64,000 nt of DNA from an uncultured Gemmatimonadaceae bacterium (GTDB lineage Bacteria; Gemmatimonadota; Gemmatimonadetes; Gemmatimonadales; Gemmatimonadaceae), in contig CAVVTZ010000012.1 in the NCBI GenBank assembly GCA_963751275.1, forward strand, positions 1 through 64,000, given 5' to 3'. Numbering within the stretch: the first letter of the stretch is position 1; the number at the start of each line of letters is the position of its first letter. The notes beneath the pieces were generated by a model. It saw nothing but the letters and a program-made list of their open reading frames with translations. It was not told the origin of the DNA and did no database searches. Below are positions 21,711 through 33,005 of this stretch, one piece after another. Both the position numbers and the translations under genes were made by a program.

Positions 21711-22991
21711 ATGCGGAAGTGGATCGAGCGCGGCTGGCGCGCGCTGGCGCTCGCGCTGCTCGCGTGGGCGCTGGTGATCGCGTTCCGCGCGCCCGCGCGC
21801 GCGGCGCGCACGGTGGACGGCGACGTGGTGATGACCGAGCTCCCGCGCATCACGCGCACCGGCGAGCCCGCCTGGCTCGACCTGGCGATGCACAACGCCG
21901 CCGACCCGGAGGCGAGGAGCTGGCTCGTGGCGCTCACCCGCGCCGGCGGCCGGGTGGAATGGCGGGAAGCGACGCCGATCCCGCCGCTGGCCGTCGAGCT
22001 CGTGCCGCGCGCGGATCCCGCGGGCGGATTCCGCGCGCTGATCGGTTCCGCTCCCGGCGAGCAATTCATCTTGGCCGACCGCGCCGGCCCGCTCGATACG
22101 CTGACGACGGCCGGGGTATCCACCACCCTCACGCTGCCGGCACTGGTCGCCCCGCTCTCGGTGGGCGATCGCCGCACTCTCGCGTGGACCTCGCCGCGCG
22201 ACACGCTCGCCCTGCGCCGCGTGCTCGTGATCGGCGACGCCGGCTGGGAAGGGAAGTTCGCGCTCGCCGCGCTCGAGGAGCGCGGCTGGCACGCCAGCGC
22301 GCGCTTCACTGTCGCGCCGAACATCGTCGCCTCGCAGGGCGCCGTGAGTCCGCTCGACACCGCGCACTTCGCCGCGGTCATCGCGCTCGACTCCGCATCC
22401 GCCGCGGCCAATGCGAGCTCGATCGCCGCCTTCGTGCGCCAGGGCGGCGGCCTGATCCTCGCCGGCGACGCCGCGCGCGCTCCCGCAATGGCGACCTTGG
22501 CCCCGGGCGCCGCGGGCCCGCATCAGCACGCCGCCTCGCTCGCCTTCGCCGACAGCGCCCCGCGCCGCGCCCTCGGCTTCTACGCGATCACGAACCTGAA
22601 GCCCGACGCGATCCCGCTCGAGAGTCGCGACAACAAGCTCGCCGTCGCCGCCCGCCGCGCCGGCCGCGGCCGCGTCCTCCAGCTCGGCTACGACGACAGC
22701 TGGCGCTGGCGCTTCGGCGGCGGCCCTCGCGCCCCCGAAGCCGAGCGCACCTGGTGGAGCGGATTGGTTTCCAGCGTGGCCTATCGCGCCGCCATCCCAC
22801 TCCCCGGCAGTTCGCAGCTCAACGCGAACGCCGCCCCCTTGGCCGCACTACACGCGACCTTGGGGGCACCGACAGCCGCCAGCCGCCAGCCTGCAGCTAT
22901 GGTGAACGACCTCCCGTGGTGGTTGCTGGCCGTCATCGTACTCTCTCTAGTCGCCGAGATAGCCTCCCGCCGTACAAGAGGCGCCCCATGA
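21711..22991 (+). CDS. Membrane-anchored hypothetical protein (GATase-like middle domain)
   Basis: FVRQGGGLILAG, GRGRV..YDDSWRWR; terminal TM helices. Confidence 0.7.
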   Translation: MRKWIERGWRALALALLAWALVIAFRAPARAARTVDGDVVMTELPRITRTGEPAWLDLAMHNAADPEARSWLVALTRAGGRVEWREATPIPPLAVELVPRADPAGGFRALIGSAPGEQFILADRAGPLDTLTTAGVSTTLTLPALVAPLSVGDRRTLAWTSPRDTLALRRVLVIGDAGWEGKFALAALEERGWHASARFTVAPNIVASQGAVSPLDTAHFAAVIALDSASAAANASSIAAFVRQGGGLILAGDAARAPAMATLAPGAAGPHQHAASLAFADSAPRRALGFYAITNLKPDAIPLESRDNKLAVAARRAGRGRVLQLGYDDSWRWRFGGGPRAPEAERTWWSGLVSSVAYRAAIPLPGSSQLNANAAPLAALHATLGAPTAASRQPAAMVNDLPWWLLAVIVLSLVAEIASRRTRGAP

Positions 22992-23917
22992 CCGTCGCCT
23001 TCATCTCCCACTCCGACTGCGGCCGCCACGACACCGGCTGGGGCGCGCCCGAGCACGTCGGACGCCTGCGCGCGATCACGTCCGCCATGAAGTACGATCT
23101 CGAGCTCTTCTCATCGCTGCGCCACGTCGAGGGCCGTCACGCCACCGCGGAAGAACTCGCGCTGGCGCACGACCCCGCGTACATCGCGCTCGTCGAGGAG
23201 GTCGCGCGCGCTGGCGGCGGCCGTCTCGACGCCGACACGGTCGAAAGCGAAGGCTCCTGGGACGCCGCCACCGCCGCCGCCGGCTGCGTGCTCGACGGCG
23301 TGGACTTCGCCTTCGCCGATGTGCCCGAGCGCAGCTTCAGCGCCGTGCGTCCCCCGGGCCATCACGCGCTCAGCGACACCGCGATGGGCTTCTGCCTCTT
23401 CGGCAACGTCGCGATCGGCGCGCACTACGCGCGACAGAAGCACCACGCCGATCGCGTGCTCATCGTGGATTGGGATGTGCACCACGGCAACGGCACGCAG
23501 GCGCTCGTCCAAAGCGATCCGGGGATCCACTTCGTCTCGATGCACCAATGGCCATGGTATCCCGGCAGCGGCGCCGCCAGCGAGCGGGGGATCGGCAACG
23601 TCTGGAACGTGCCGATGGCGCCCGGGCTCGCGCGCCAGCTCTACGTGGACGCCCTCGAGCGCGCCATCGATGCCGCGACCGCCGGCTTCGCCCCGGACCT
23701 GATCCTCATCTCCGCCGGCTTCGACTCGCTGCGCGGCGACCCGCTGGGCGGCTTCACGCTCGAACCCGAGGATCTCGCGGGCGTCACGCAGCGCCTCGTC
23801 CAGCGCGCGAACATCTCCGCACGCGGCCGCGTCGTGAGCGCCCTCGAGGGCGGGTACTCGCTCCCCCTGCTCGGACAGGGGGTGCTCGCGCACCTGCACG
23901 CGCTCGGCGAGTCTTGA
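22988..23917 (+). CDS. Histone deacetylase-family amidohydrolase
   Basis: RPPGHHA, GFCLFGN, DWDVHHGNGT, SAGFD, LEGGY. Confidence 0.95.
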   Translation: MTVAFISHSDCGRHDTGWGAPEHVGRLRAITSAMKYDLELFSSLRHVEGRHATAEELALAHDPAYIALVEEVARAGGGRLDADTVESEGSWDAATAAAGCVLDGVDFAFADVPERSFSAVRPPGHHALSDTAMGFCLFGNVAIGAHYARQKHHADRVLIVDWDVHHGNGTQALVQSDPGIHFVSMHQWPWYPGSGAASERGIGNVWNVPMAPGLARQLYVDALERAIDAATAGFAPDLILISAGFDSLRGDPLGGFTLEPEDLAGVTQRLVQRANISARGRVVSALEGGYSLPLLGQGVLAHLHALGES

Positions 23918-23949
23918 ATCCTCCTCTGTCAGAGCGGTAAGTTCCTAAC

Positions 23950-24763
23950 ATGCCATCGGGGCGGGTCCCGCCGGTGCCGGCTGTGCTGCGGCTGGTGCAG
24001 CGCGCGGTGCTGCACCGCTGGCAAGCCACAGCCGAGGACCTCTATCGCGAGGTCGCCGCGCTCGTCGAGGCGACGCCGCAGATGGAGATCGTCGTCTCCG
24101 GCTGCGGAGAAGGGGAGACGTCGCAGTGGCTGGCCGAGCACACCGGCGCATCGGTGACCGGCGTGGATTCGGATGCCGAGCGGATCGCGATGGCGGAGGC
24201 GCGGTCGCGCGAGCCGCAGGCGACGGCGCGGGTGCATTACGAGCAGGCGGCGCTGGACGATCTGCCGCACGAGACCGGGGTGTTCGACGTCGCGATCGGC
24301 GACGCGGCGCTCTCCGCGAGCGGCGATCCGGAGCGGGCGGTGGCCGAGCTCGTGCGCGTGGTGAAGCCGATGGGGATCGTGGTGCTGCTGATGCCGACGT
24401 GGACCAGCGAGATCGCGCGCGAGGCGCGTGAGGCGATCGTGGACCGGCTCGGGCTTCGGCCGCACCTTCTCGTGGAGTGGAAACGAGATGATGCGCGATG
24501 CCGGCCTGGTGGAACTGCAGGTGCAGGACTGGACCGACGGCGCACCCGGCGGCCGCGCGAGCGCGCCCGGCGCGCCGCATCCGCATCTCACCCTCCGGCA
24601 GAAGATGCACATCGTGGGCCGCGCGTGGCGCCGCTGGGGCTGGCGCGAAGCGCGCGGCGCCGTGGAGCGCGAGACGTCGCTCATTCGTGAACTGTCGCGC
24701 CAGCGCGCGCTGGGTTTCCAGCTCATGTGGGGCGTGAAGTGGCCGCACGCGAGGGCCGGCTGA
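23950..24763 (+). CDS. Class I SAM-dependent methyltransferase; indel near 24483
   Basis: SGCGEG, VTGVD, LPHETGVFD, ELVRVVKPMG. Confidence 0.8.
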
Positions 24764-25777
24764 TGTTCTGTCCCGATTGCGGCACCTGGAATCGCGGCAT
24801 GGCGGTGATCTGCGTGCGCTGCGCGCACGAATTGCCCGAGCTGCCCGACGCGCCGGCCGAGAAGCCCGACGAGGAGATGGACCTGATCCGCCGCGCGACC
24901 GGCGGCCGCTACCGCATCTACCGCCGCGTGGCGACGGGCGGCATGGCGAGCGTGTACGCGGCGCGCCACGCGGTGCTCGGACGCCCGCTCGTGATCAAGG
25001 TCTTGCTCGCGCATCTCGCGCGCGACCCGGAGATGCGCGAGCGGTTCCGGCGTGAGGCGGAATCGAGCTCGCAGCTCTTCCACCCGCACGTCTGCTCGAT
25101 CCTCGACTACGGCGAGGTGGAGCAGACCGTCTATCTCGTGATGCCGTATCTCGCCGGCGGTTCGCTCGCGGACCGGATCGTGCGGCCGCGGCACGATGGA
25201 AGCGCCGCAGGCGGCGGTGGTGTGCGCGCGCAGATCGCGTGCGCGCTGGACTACGCGCACCGCCATGGCATCGTGCACCGCGACGTGAAGCCGGACAACA
25301 TCCCTGTTCGACGAGGATGACAACGCGCTCATCACCGACTTCGGCATCGCCACCGCGCGCTTCCACGGCCGGCTCACCATGACCGGCCGCGCGATGGGCA
25401 ACGCCGCACTACATGTCCCCCGAGCAGGCGATGGGGAAGATGGTGGACGGCCGCAGCGACCTGTACGCGCTGGGCGTGCTGCTGTACGAGATGCTCGTGG
25501 GCTTCCCGCCCTTCGACGGCGCCGATCTCGTACTCGATCGGTTACAAGCACGTGCACGAACAGGCCGTGAGCCCCGACGTCGTGAACTCGCGCACGCCGG
25601 TGGAGCTCGCGGCGATCACCATGAAGCTCCTCTCGAAGAATCCGTTGGAGCGCTACCAGCGCGGCAACGATCTCGCCGACGCGCTCGATCGAATTCCTCA
25701 CTCCGCTCGGCTCACCCGATGGCTATCGCGCGGCAACGCTCGCGCGGCGGCTCGGCATCACTCCGACGGTGCGATGA
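24763..25777 (+). CDS. Hanks-type Ser/Thr kinase with N-terminal zinc ribbon; several indels
   Basis: [43 protein letters not shown]. Confidence 0.9.
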
Positions 25778-26793
25778 AGATCAGCCACGAACTCGTCACC
25801 TTGCGCACGAAGCACGAATTCACCATCGCGCGCGGGGGGTCGAGCGAATTCCGCGTGGTGCTCGTGACCGTCACCGACAAGGACGGCGCATTCGGGATCG
25901 GCGAGGCCGATCCGAGCCGCTTCTACGGCGAGTACGCCGACACGGTGCCGGTGGCGCTCGCGCAGTTCGCGCCGATCCTCGAGAAGGCTGATCCCTGGTC
26001 GCTCGAGGCGATCGAAGCCGAGATGAACGCCAAGATGCGCGGCAACGGCGCGGCCAAGAGCGCGGTGATGGCGGCGCTCTACGATCTCATGGGGAAGCGG
26101 CTCGGCCAGCCGCTGTACAAACTGTTCGGTCTCGATCCGGCCAAAGCGCCCGGATCGAGCTTCACGATCGGCTTCGCCCCCGAGGAGGAGATGCGCCTCA
26201 AGCTCCGCGAGGCGAAGGAGTATCCGATCCTGAAGGTGAAGCTCGGCACCGACCACGATGAGGACGTGATCCGCATCATCCGCGAGGAAGCGCCCGACAA
26301 GACGCTGTACGTGGACGCGAATTGCGCGTGGACGCCCAAGCAGGCGCTCAACAGCATCGAGATGCTCGTGGGCTACGACGTGGAGTTCGTGGAGCAGCCG
26401 CTGCCGCCCACCGACCCCGAGGGGCTCCGCTTCGTGCGCGACCGCTCGCCGCTGCCGATCATCGCCGATGAATCGTGTCTCGTCGCGAGCGACATCCCCA
26501 AGCTCGCGGGCATCGTGGATGGGATCAACATCAAGCTCGCGAAATGCGGCGGCCCGCGCGAGGCGATCAAGATGGCCGCCACGGCACGCGCGCACGGCAT
26601 GCTCGTCATGATGGGCTGCATGATCGAGACGAGCGTCGGCATCACCACGGCGGCGCATCTCGCGCCGCTGCTCGATTACGCCGACCTCGACGGCGCCGCG
26701 CTCGTCGCGAACGATCCGTACAAGGGCGCGTCCATCGATCGCGGCGTGATCACCATCCCCACCGCACCGGGGCTCGGCGTCACGAAGGCATGA
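25774..26793 (+). CDS. L-Ala-D/L-Glu dipeptide epimerase (enolase superfamily)
   Basis: [36 protein letters not shown]. Confidence 0.9.
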   Translation: MKISHELVTLRTKHEFTIARGGSSEFRVVLVTVTDKDGAFGIGEADPSRFYGEYADTVPVALAQFAPILEKADPWSLEAIEAEMNAKMRGNGAAKSAVMAALYDLMGKRLGQPLYKLFGLDPAKAPGSSFTIGFAPEEEMRLKLREAKEYPILKVKLGTDHDEDVIRIIREEAPDKTLYVDANCAWTPKQALNSIEMLVGYDVEFVEQPLPPTDPEGLRFVRDRSPLPIIADESCLVASDIPKLAGIVDGINIKLAKCGGPREAIKMAATARAHGMLVMMGCMIETSVGITTAAHLAPLLDYADLDGAALVANDPYKGASIDRGVITIPTAPGLGVTKA

Positions 26794-29063
26794 CCGGCAA
26801 GCGGTACATTGAGGTCGCGCTCCCGCTGCCGCTCTTCCAGACCTTCACGTACTCGGTCCCCGACGGTGCGGCGGTCCCCGCGCCGGGGATGCGCGTGCTC
26901 GTGCCCGTGCGCGGGCGCCGCGCCATCGGCGTGGTGCTGGGGCCGGCCACGGGCGCGGGCGTGAAGAACCCGAAGGACTTCTTCGACGCGCCCGACGCCG
27001 AGGCGTCGGTGCCGGCGGAGCTCCTCGCGCTGGCGCGATGGATCGCGGAGTACTACGTGGCGCCGGTCGGCCTCGTGATGCGGTCGATGCTGCCGTCGCT
27101 GCTCACGGGGAGCGGGGTGCCGCGCCCGGCGCCGCGCACGCAGCGGATCGCGCGGATCTCCGTGGAGCTGCCGTCGCTCGAGGAGCGCGACCGCGTCTTC
27201 GCTCGCGCGGCGCGGCAGCGCGCGCTGTATGAAGCGCTCGAATCGCTCGGCGGCGCGAGCGACACCGTGCATCTCACCGCGCAGCTCGGCTTCGCGCCCG
27301 CGGTGATCCGCGGGCTCGCGGACCGCGGGCTCATCGCGCTCTCGGAGAACGAAGTCGCGCGCGATCCCTTCTTCGCGCGCGCGATCCCGCGCGCGGCCGC
27401 GCACGTGCCCACCGCCGCGCAGCGCGAGGCGATCGCCGCGCTCCTCGCGGCCAAGCCCGGCGCGGCCTTCCTGCTGCGCGGCATCACCGGCAGCGGCAAG
27501 ACGCTCGTCTACATCGAGCTGCTCAAGGAGATCGTCGAACGGCGCGGCGAAGAGCGCGATCGTGCTCGTGCCCGAGATCGCGCTCACGCCGCAGGCGGTG
27601 GACCGCTTCCGCGCGGCGTTCGGCGAACGCATCGCGGTGCTCCACTCGGGTCTCTCCGACGGCGAGCGCTACGACGCGTGGCGCGCCTTGCGGAGCGGCA
27701 CGAAGACGATCGCCGTCGGCGCGCGCTCGGCGGTCTTCGCGCCGCTCGCGAACCTCGGCGCCATCATCGTGGACGAGGAGCACGAGGGGAGCTACAAGCA
27801 CGGCGAGACGCCGCGCTATCACGCGCGCGAGGTCGCGCTCGTGCGCGCGCGCGGCGAGGGCGCGATCGTGGTGCTCGGCACCGCGACGCCGAGCCTCGAG
27901 AGCTGGCAGAACGCACAGGCGGGGAAGTACACGCTGCTCACGCTGCCCGAGCGCGTGGCCGACGCGAAGCTGCCGGCGGTGGAGGTCGTGGACATGCGCG
28001 CGCCGGCGCGTCCGGGCGCCCAGGGGCCGCGCGCCGCGGTGATCGATCCCTTCCGCCGCGTGTTCAGCGAGCCGCTCGAGGCGGCGCTCGGCGAGCGGCT
28101 GCAACGCGGCGAGCAGAGCATCCTGCTGCTCAACCGCCGCGGCTTCGCGTCGTTCGTCCAGTGCAACGCGTGCGGCAATGTGGTGGTCTGTCCGAACTGC
28201 TCGATCTCGCTCACGCTATCACAAGAATCCCGAGCGGCTCGTCTGCCACTACTGCCGGCACGAGCAGACGCTCAGCGAGAACTGCGCGCACTGCGGCGGC
28301 ACCACGCGTGCGCCAGCGCGGCCTCGGCACGCAGCAGGCGGAGAAGCTGCTGTCCGAGCGATACCCGTATGCGCGCATCGCGCGCATGGACGTGGACACG
28401 ACGAGCGGGAAGTGGGCGCACGCCGAGATCCTCGATCGCGTGGGGCGCGGCGAGGTGGACATCCTGCTCGGCACGCAGATGATCGCGAAGGGGCTCGATT
28501 TTCCCAACGTGACGCTCGTCGGCGTGATCGACGCCGACGTCGGGATCAACCTGCCCGATTTCCGCGCGAGCGAGCGGAGCTTCCAGCTGATGAGCCAGGT
28601 GGCGGGCCGCGCGGGCCGCGGCGCGAAGGGCGGGGAAGTGATCATCCAGACGCGCGTGCCGACGCACCACGCCGTGCGCGCCGCCGTGACGCACGACTAT
28701 CTGACGTTCGTGCGCGAGGAGCTGAGCGGCCGGCGCGACCCCGTCTATCCGCCCTACACGCGCCTCGCGAACGTGATCGTGAGCGGCATCGAGGAGGAGC
28801 CCGTCGCCCAGCTCACGATCGATGCCGCGGCCTGGCTGCGCCGGCTGATCGCGGAGCAGCAGGTGGAGGGGGTGACGGTGGTGGGACCGGCGCCGTGCCC
28901 GGTGGAACGGGTGAAGCGGCGGTGGCGGTGGCACTTGCTGCTCAAATCGGAGAATCCGGCCGCCCTCACCAAGGTGGCTCGCTACTTCCTGGAGAAATTC
29001 GACGTGCCTGCGCGCGGGGAAATGCGGGTGAGTGTGGATCGGGATCCGGTCGCACTGCTATAA
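26790..29063 (+). CDS. priA: Primosomal protein N'; indels
   Basis: GITGSGKT, LVPEIALTPQ, DEEH, LLNRRG, Zn fingers, GTQMIAKGLDFPNV. Confidence 0.95.
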   Translation: MTGKRYIEVALPLPLFQTFTYSVPDGAAVPAPGMRVLVPVRGRRAIGVVLGPATGAGVKNPKDFFDAPDAEASVPAELLALARWIAEYYVAPVGLVMRSMLPSLLTGSGVPRPAPRTQRIARISVELPSLEERDRVFARAARQRALYEALESLGGASDTVHLTAQLGFAPAVIRGLADRGLIALSENEVARDPFFARAIPRAAAHVPTAAQREAIAALLAAKPGAAFLLRGITGSGKTLVYIELLKEIVERRGEERDRARARDRAHAAGGGPLPRGVRRTHRGAPLGSLRRRALRRVARLAERHEDDRRRRALGGLRAAREPRRHHRGRGARGELQARRDAALSRARGRARARARRGRDRGARHRDAEPRELAERTGGEVHAAHAARARGRREAAGGGGRGHARAGASGRPGAARRGDRSLPPRVQRAARGGARRAAATRRAEHPAAQPPRLRVVRPVQRVRQCGGLSELLDLAHAITRIPSGSSATTAGTSRRSARTARTAAAPRVRQRGLGTQQAEKLLSERYPYARIARMDVDTTSGKWAHAEILDRVGRGEVDILLGTQMIAKGLDFPNVTLVGVIDADVGINLPDFRASERSFQLMSQVAGRAGRGAKGGEVIIQTRVPTHHAVRAAVTHDYLTFVREELSGRRDPVYPPYTRLANVIVSGIEEEPVAQLTIDAAAWLRRLIAEQQVEGVTVVGPAPCPVERVKRRWRWHLLLKSENPAALTKVARYFLEKFDVPARGEMRVSVDRDPVALL

Positions 29064-29066
29064 CAG

Positions 29067-29192
29067 CCGGGAACCGATTGCCGGGAACCGGTGACGCATG
29101 ACAACGCATGGTGTTACGACATTGCGCGATGTCGTGATGTCGTAACACCATGCATTGTCATGCCACACCGGTTCCCGGCAATCGGTTCCCGG
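29067..29192. repeat. Long intergenic palindrome between convergent priA and GMC genes
   Basis: CCGGGAACCGATTGCCGGGAACCGGTG.../...CACCGGTTCCCGGCAATCGGTTCCCGG; ~60-nt arms. Confidence 0.9.
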
Positions 29193-29196
29193 TAGT

Positions 29197-30879
29197 TCAG
29201 ATCTGCGATTTCTTCGCAAACCCCGCGATCTTAGAAGCCGCCCGGAACGCCAGCGCTTGAATGGTCATCGTCGGTTGTCCCCGTCCCGACGTGACGAAGC
29301 TGCTCCCGTCCACGATGAACAGGTTGGGCACATCGTGGGTTCGGTGATTCGCGTCGATCACGGATGTTCCGGGATCGTTGCCCATGCGGCACGTGCCGAG
29401 CAGATGCGGGCCGCCGAAGCCGGTATCGAAGGGCGCACCCTGGATCTCGCTGCCGCCCGACGCGATGAGCAGCTCGTGCGCGCGCTCGAGGAACCACGCG
29501 TTCACCCCGGCATCGTTCGGGTGGAGCTTGAAGGTCAGCCGCGGGGCGGGGAGGCCCCACGCGTCCTTCACGTCGGGATCGAGATCGATCCGGTTCCCCG
29601 CCACCGGCAATTGTGTCGAGTGCCCGTACGCGAAGATCCGGCGCGACAGCGTCTCGCGCACGCGCTGCTTCCAGCTTGCTCCCCAGCCGGGCGTGAGGAA
29701 TCCCGCGAACATCGGCGTCATCATGCCGCGCATGTCGAAGCCCCCGCCGCCGTAGAGGCCCGTGCTCTTGGGCAGGATCACCTGGTCCCACGTGACCCGC
29801 GACGCCACCACACCCTTCCACGAGTTGATATCGTGCTCGTACGCGGCGCTCGCGAGCCCGCCGCCGTTGAACGTGATGTTGCGGCCCACCATGCCGCTCG
29901 AGTTCGCGAGCCCGGAGGGATGCGCGCCGGTCGCCGAGATGAGCAGCAGTTTGGGCGTCTCGACGCCGTTCGCCGAGAGCACCACGGCCTTCGCCTTCTG
30001 GAACACCTCGTTCTTCTTCGCATCGAAATACGTGACGCCGGTGACGCGTCCGTTCGCTCCCATCTCGATCTTGCGCACGTAGCTGAGCGGCCGGATCTCG
30101 CAGCGCTTCGTGGCGAGCGCGGCGGGGATCATCGACGCGAGGGAGCTCGACTTCGCGTTCGCCTCGCAGCCGGCGCCGATGCACATGCCGCACGCGATGC
30201 AGGCGCCCCGGCCGCGGTACGGCTTCGACAGGATCGCCATGGGAGCGGGCCAGGGGTGCCACCCGAGCTTCTTGGCGCCGCGTTCCATGAGCACGCCTTC
30301 CGACTTGATGGGCAGCGGCGGGAGCGGATAGCCCTTCTGTCGCGGCGGCTCGAACGGATTCCCCGCGAGCCCGCTGACGCCCACTTCCCACTCCACTTTC
30401 GTGTAGTACGGCTCGAGATCGGCGTACGAGATGGGCCAGTCGGCGACGCTCGATCCGTCGGGCACGCCCAGCTCGGTCGCCTGCCGGAACTCGATCTCCG
30501 GAAAGCGCCAATAATTCGCGCTGAAGTGCACCGATCCGCCGCCCACCACGCGTCCGTACTGGATGACGCCGCCGTTCTTCTTCGCGGTGTCGGTCTCGCT
30601 CTGCCGGAAGGTGACCGGCTGGATCTTGGTGTCATTGGTGAGGCCGTGCTGCTGCTGCAGCCAGATGTCATCGTGCTTGAAATCCGCGGCGGTGAGCCAC
30701 GGCCCCTGCTCGAGCACGATCACGGAGAATCCGGCGCGCGACAGTTCCCGCGCCATCACGCCACCCGCGGCGCCGGAGCCGATGATGACGAAGTCGACCT
30801 CGGTGCCCGGGGCATACCGCTTCATGTTCGGGGGCGCGGCCGGCGCGCCGCCCTGATGGCCGTGCGTGTGGTCAGCCAC
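29197..30879 (-). CDS. GMC-family flavoprotein oxidoreductase (gluconate 2-dehydrogenase alpha-like)
   Basis: GSGAAGG, GRVVGGGSVH, Cys cluster CIACGMCIGAGC, HLLGTCRMG, PTMTIQALA. Confidence 0.92.
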   Translation of the reverse strand: MADHTHGHQGGAPAAPPNMKRYAPGTEVDFVIIGSGAAGGVMARELSRAGFSVIVLEQGPWLTAADFKHDDIWLQQQHGLTNDTKIQPVTFRQSETDTAKKNGGVIQYGRVVGGGSVHFSANYWRFPEIEFRQATELGVPDGSSVADWPISYADLEPYYTKVEWEVGVSGLAGNPFEPPRQKGYPLPPLPIKSEGVLMERGAKKLGWHPWPAPMAILSKPYRGRGACIACGMCIGAGCEANAKSSSLASMIPAALATKRCEIRPLSYVRKIEMGANGRVTGVTYFDAKKNEVFQKAKAVVLSANGVETPKLLLISATGAHPSGLANSSGMVGRNITFNGGGLASAAYEHDINSWKGVVASRVTWDQVILPKSTGLYGGGGFDMRGMMTPMFAGFLTPGWGASWKQRVRETLSRRIFAYGHSTQLPVAGNRIDLDPDVKDAWGLPAPRLTFKLHPNDAGVNAWFLERAHELLIASGGSEIQGAPFDTGFGGPHLLGTCRMGNDPGTSVIDANHRTHDVPNLFIVDGSSFVTSGRGQPTMTIQALAFRAASKIAGFAKKSQI

Positions 30880-31429
30880 GGTCGTAGTACCCGAACGGGG
30901 GCGTCCACACGAAACGGTCCTCGAAGCCGATCATCTTCCACCCCGCCTTCTGGAAGTTCCCGCCGTACGACGGATTCGAGAACATGCCCGTGAACGTCGA
31001 CATGCGGATCCACTGGAAGTTCTCCGGATCCGATTGCTCGAACTGCTCGAGCACCGCGATGCGGTCCTGCTCGCTGAGCGCCGCGAAGGACGCCGCATCC
31101 GGCGCGTACGACGCCGTTTGCTCGGCGAGCGACGTGAGCATCTTGCCGAGTTGCTCGCGCTCGTCCTTCATGAACGTCGCCAGCGACTGATCGAAGAACC
31201 GCACGACGTGTGCCTCGCGCGCGCCGGGCAGCTCGTCGGTGGGCACGAGCGTGGACGTGACGGCGTCGAGCACCGTCACCTGATCCGGTGTGAGCACGAG
31301 CCAGGGATCGGCGCTGGACGACTTGGCGGCCAGCGCACCGGCGGCGTGCAGCTCGGTCGCGTGCGCTGCGAGCCAGGCGCTCGCCGTGCCGGCGGCGAGA
31401 GCCGCCAAGAAACCACGACGGGTTGTCAT
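30872..31429 (-). CDS. Gluconate 2-dehydrogenase subunit 3-family protein (Tat signal)
   Basis: TRRGFL Tat motif; PGAREA; GMFSNPSYGGN. Confidence 0.9.
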   Translation of the reverse strand: MTTRRGFLAALAAGTASAWLAAHATELHAAGALAAKSSSADPWLVLTPDQVTVLDAVTSTLVPTDELPGAREAHVVRFFDQSLATFMKDEREQLGKMLTSLAEQTASYAPDAASFAALSEQDRIAVLEQFEQSDPENFQWIRMSTFTGMFSNPSYGGNFQKAGWKMIGFEDRFVWTPPFGYYDRG

Positions 31430-31525
31430 GGGGGCATAGAGTACCGCGCCGAATGCGTGGGACCGGACGAGGGACGCGACTCCCGCGCCGTTCCGGACGC
31501 CATACCCGGCGAGCTAGCTTTCGAC

Positions 31526-32619
31526 ATGGCCTTCACGCAGCCCGATTTCTCGAGCAAGCAGTTCGCGCAGTCCGCCCGACGCGAAGTTCGTCCCCGCCCC
31601 CGCCGACGGGGTGCTCCCCGAAGGCTTCTTCTCCACCACGAACCTGCCCACCTACGTCCGCGCGCAGGGCAAGTGGCGCATGCCGCACGAGCCGCGCATG
31701 GACGCGTCGCTCGTGCTCGCGCCCGATGGCGAGATCTGGGTGACGCGAGATGCGCCGCATCAAGAAGGGCGACCTCGTCGCCGTCGGCGCCGCCGAAGAC
31801 GGCTCGCAGGGGATCTACGTGGCGCTCGACGCCTTCCTGGGCGAGACCGCCGCCGGCGAGTTCAAGTTCATGACGAGCGAGGTCTCGCGCGAGAAGCCGA
31901 TCGACTACGCGCAGATGGCGCGCCTGCTCATCGACGAACGCGCGCGCGGCGGTTATCCGATCTGGGTCTGCGGCCCCGCGCTCGTGCACTCGCGCGCCCG
32001 CGCCGACATGACCTGGTTCATCGCCAACGGCTTCGTGAGCGCGCTCCTCGCCGGCAACGCGGTGGGCGTGCACGACATCGAAGCATCCATCTTCTCTACG
32101 ACGCTCGGCATGACTTCCGGCGGCGAGGCCACCAGCGGCGGTCACGGCCTGCACATGCGCGCCATCAACCAGGTGCGCGCCGCGGGCTCCATCGAGGAAG
32201 CGGTGAAGCGCGGGATCGTGAAGGACGGCATCATGCACGCCTGCGTGACCCACAAGGTGCCGTACGTCCTCGCGGGATCGATCCGCGACGACGGCCCGCT
32301 CCCCGGCGTGTACGCCGACATGGGCGCCGCGCAGGATGCGATGAAGGTGCACACGGTGAAGGCCACGATGGCGATCCTCGTCGCCACGGCGCTCCACGCG
32401 ATCGCCACCGGCAACATGCTCCCCGCCTTCGTCACCGAACCCGACGGCTCGCTCCGCGAACTCACGACGATCTGCGTCGATTCCTCGGAGTTCGTCGTCA
32501 GCAAGCTCAAGGATCGGGGCACGCACCAGGCCTTCGGCGTGGTCACGAACGCGCAGGACTTCATGCACATCCTGCGCCTCTACGTGGAGCGCGAGCTGGG
32601 CGCCGGAGCCGCGAAGTGA
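31526..32619 (+). CDS. LOR/SDH bifunctional-enzyme conserved-region protein (TIGR00300-like, ArgZ/AgrE C-terminal ornithine cyclodeaminase-like); indels
   Basis: PEGFFSTTNLPT, GPALVHS, AGNAVGVHDIE, LAGSIRDDGPLP, LHAIATGNMLP, KLKDRG. Confidence 0.85.
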
Positions 32620-33005
32620 GCGGCACCGGGCGCGAGCGCTTCCTGCGCGCGATCGCGGAGCATCTGCCCGACGCGCGGATCGACGAGATCCGGCTCTTCG
32701 CGCCGCTCAAGCAGGGTGGCGTCGAGAGCGGCGTCGCGGTGATCACGGTCGCGCTGCCTAGCGCCGCCGACGCGAAGCCGCGCTACACGATCTACCGCGC
32801 GCAATACCGCCTCACGCTCAAGGGCGCCGAGCGCGGCAAGTGGGACATGTCGCTCACCGAGGATGCCGATGCACCGGGCGGCACGGTGGACGACGTCGTA
32901 CGCGGCGTGCTGCGCCGCTCCGCCGACGAATCGGAGCCCGAGCGCCTCTCCGGCGACGCGCTGCACGCCGCACTCCTGGACGGCACATGGACCGGCGCGG
33001 TCTGA
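32616..33005 (+). CDS. Hypothetical protein
   Basis: GTGA overlap with upstream stop; coherent ~129 aa ORF. Confidence 0.65.
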   Translation: MSGTGRERFLRAIAEHLPDARIDEIRLFAPLKQGGVESGVAVITVALPSAADAKPRYTIYRAQYRLTLKGAERGKWDMSLTEDADAPGGTVDDVVRGVLRRSADESEPERLSGDALHAALLDGTWTGAV

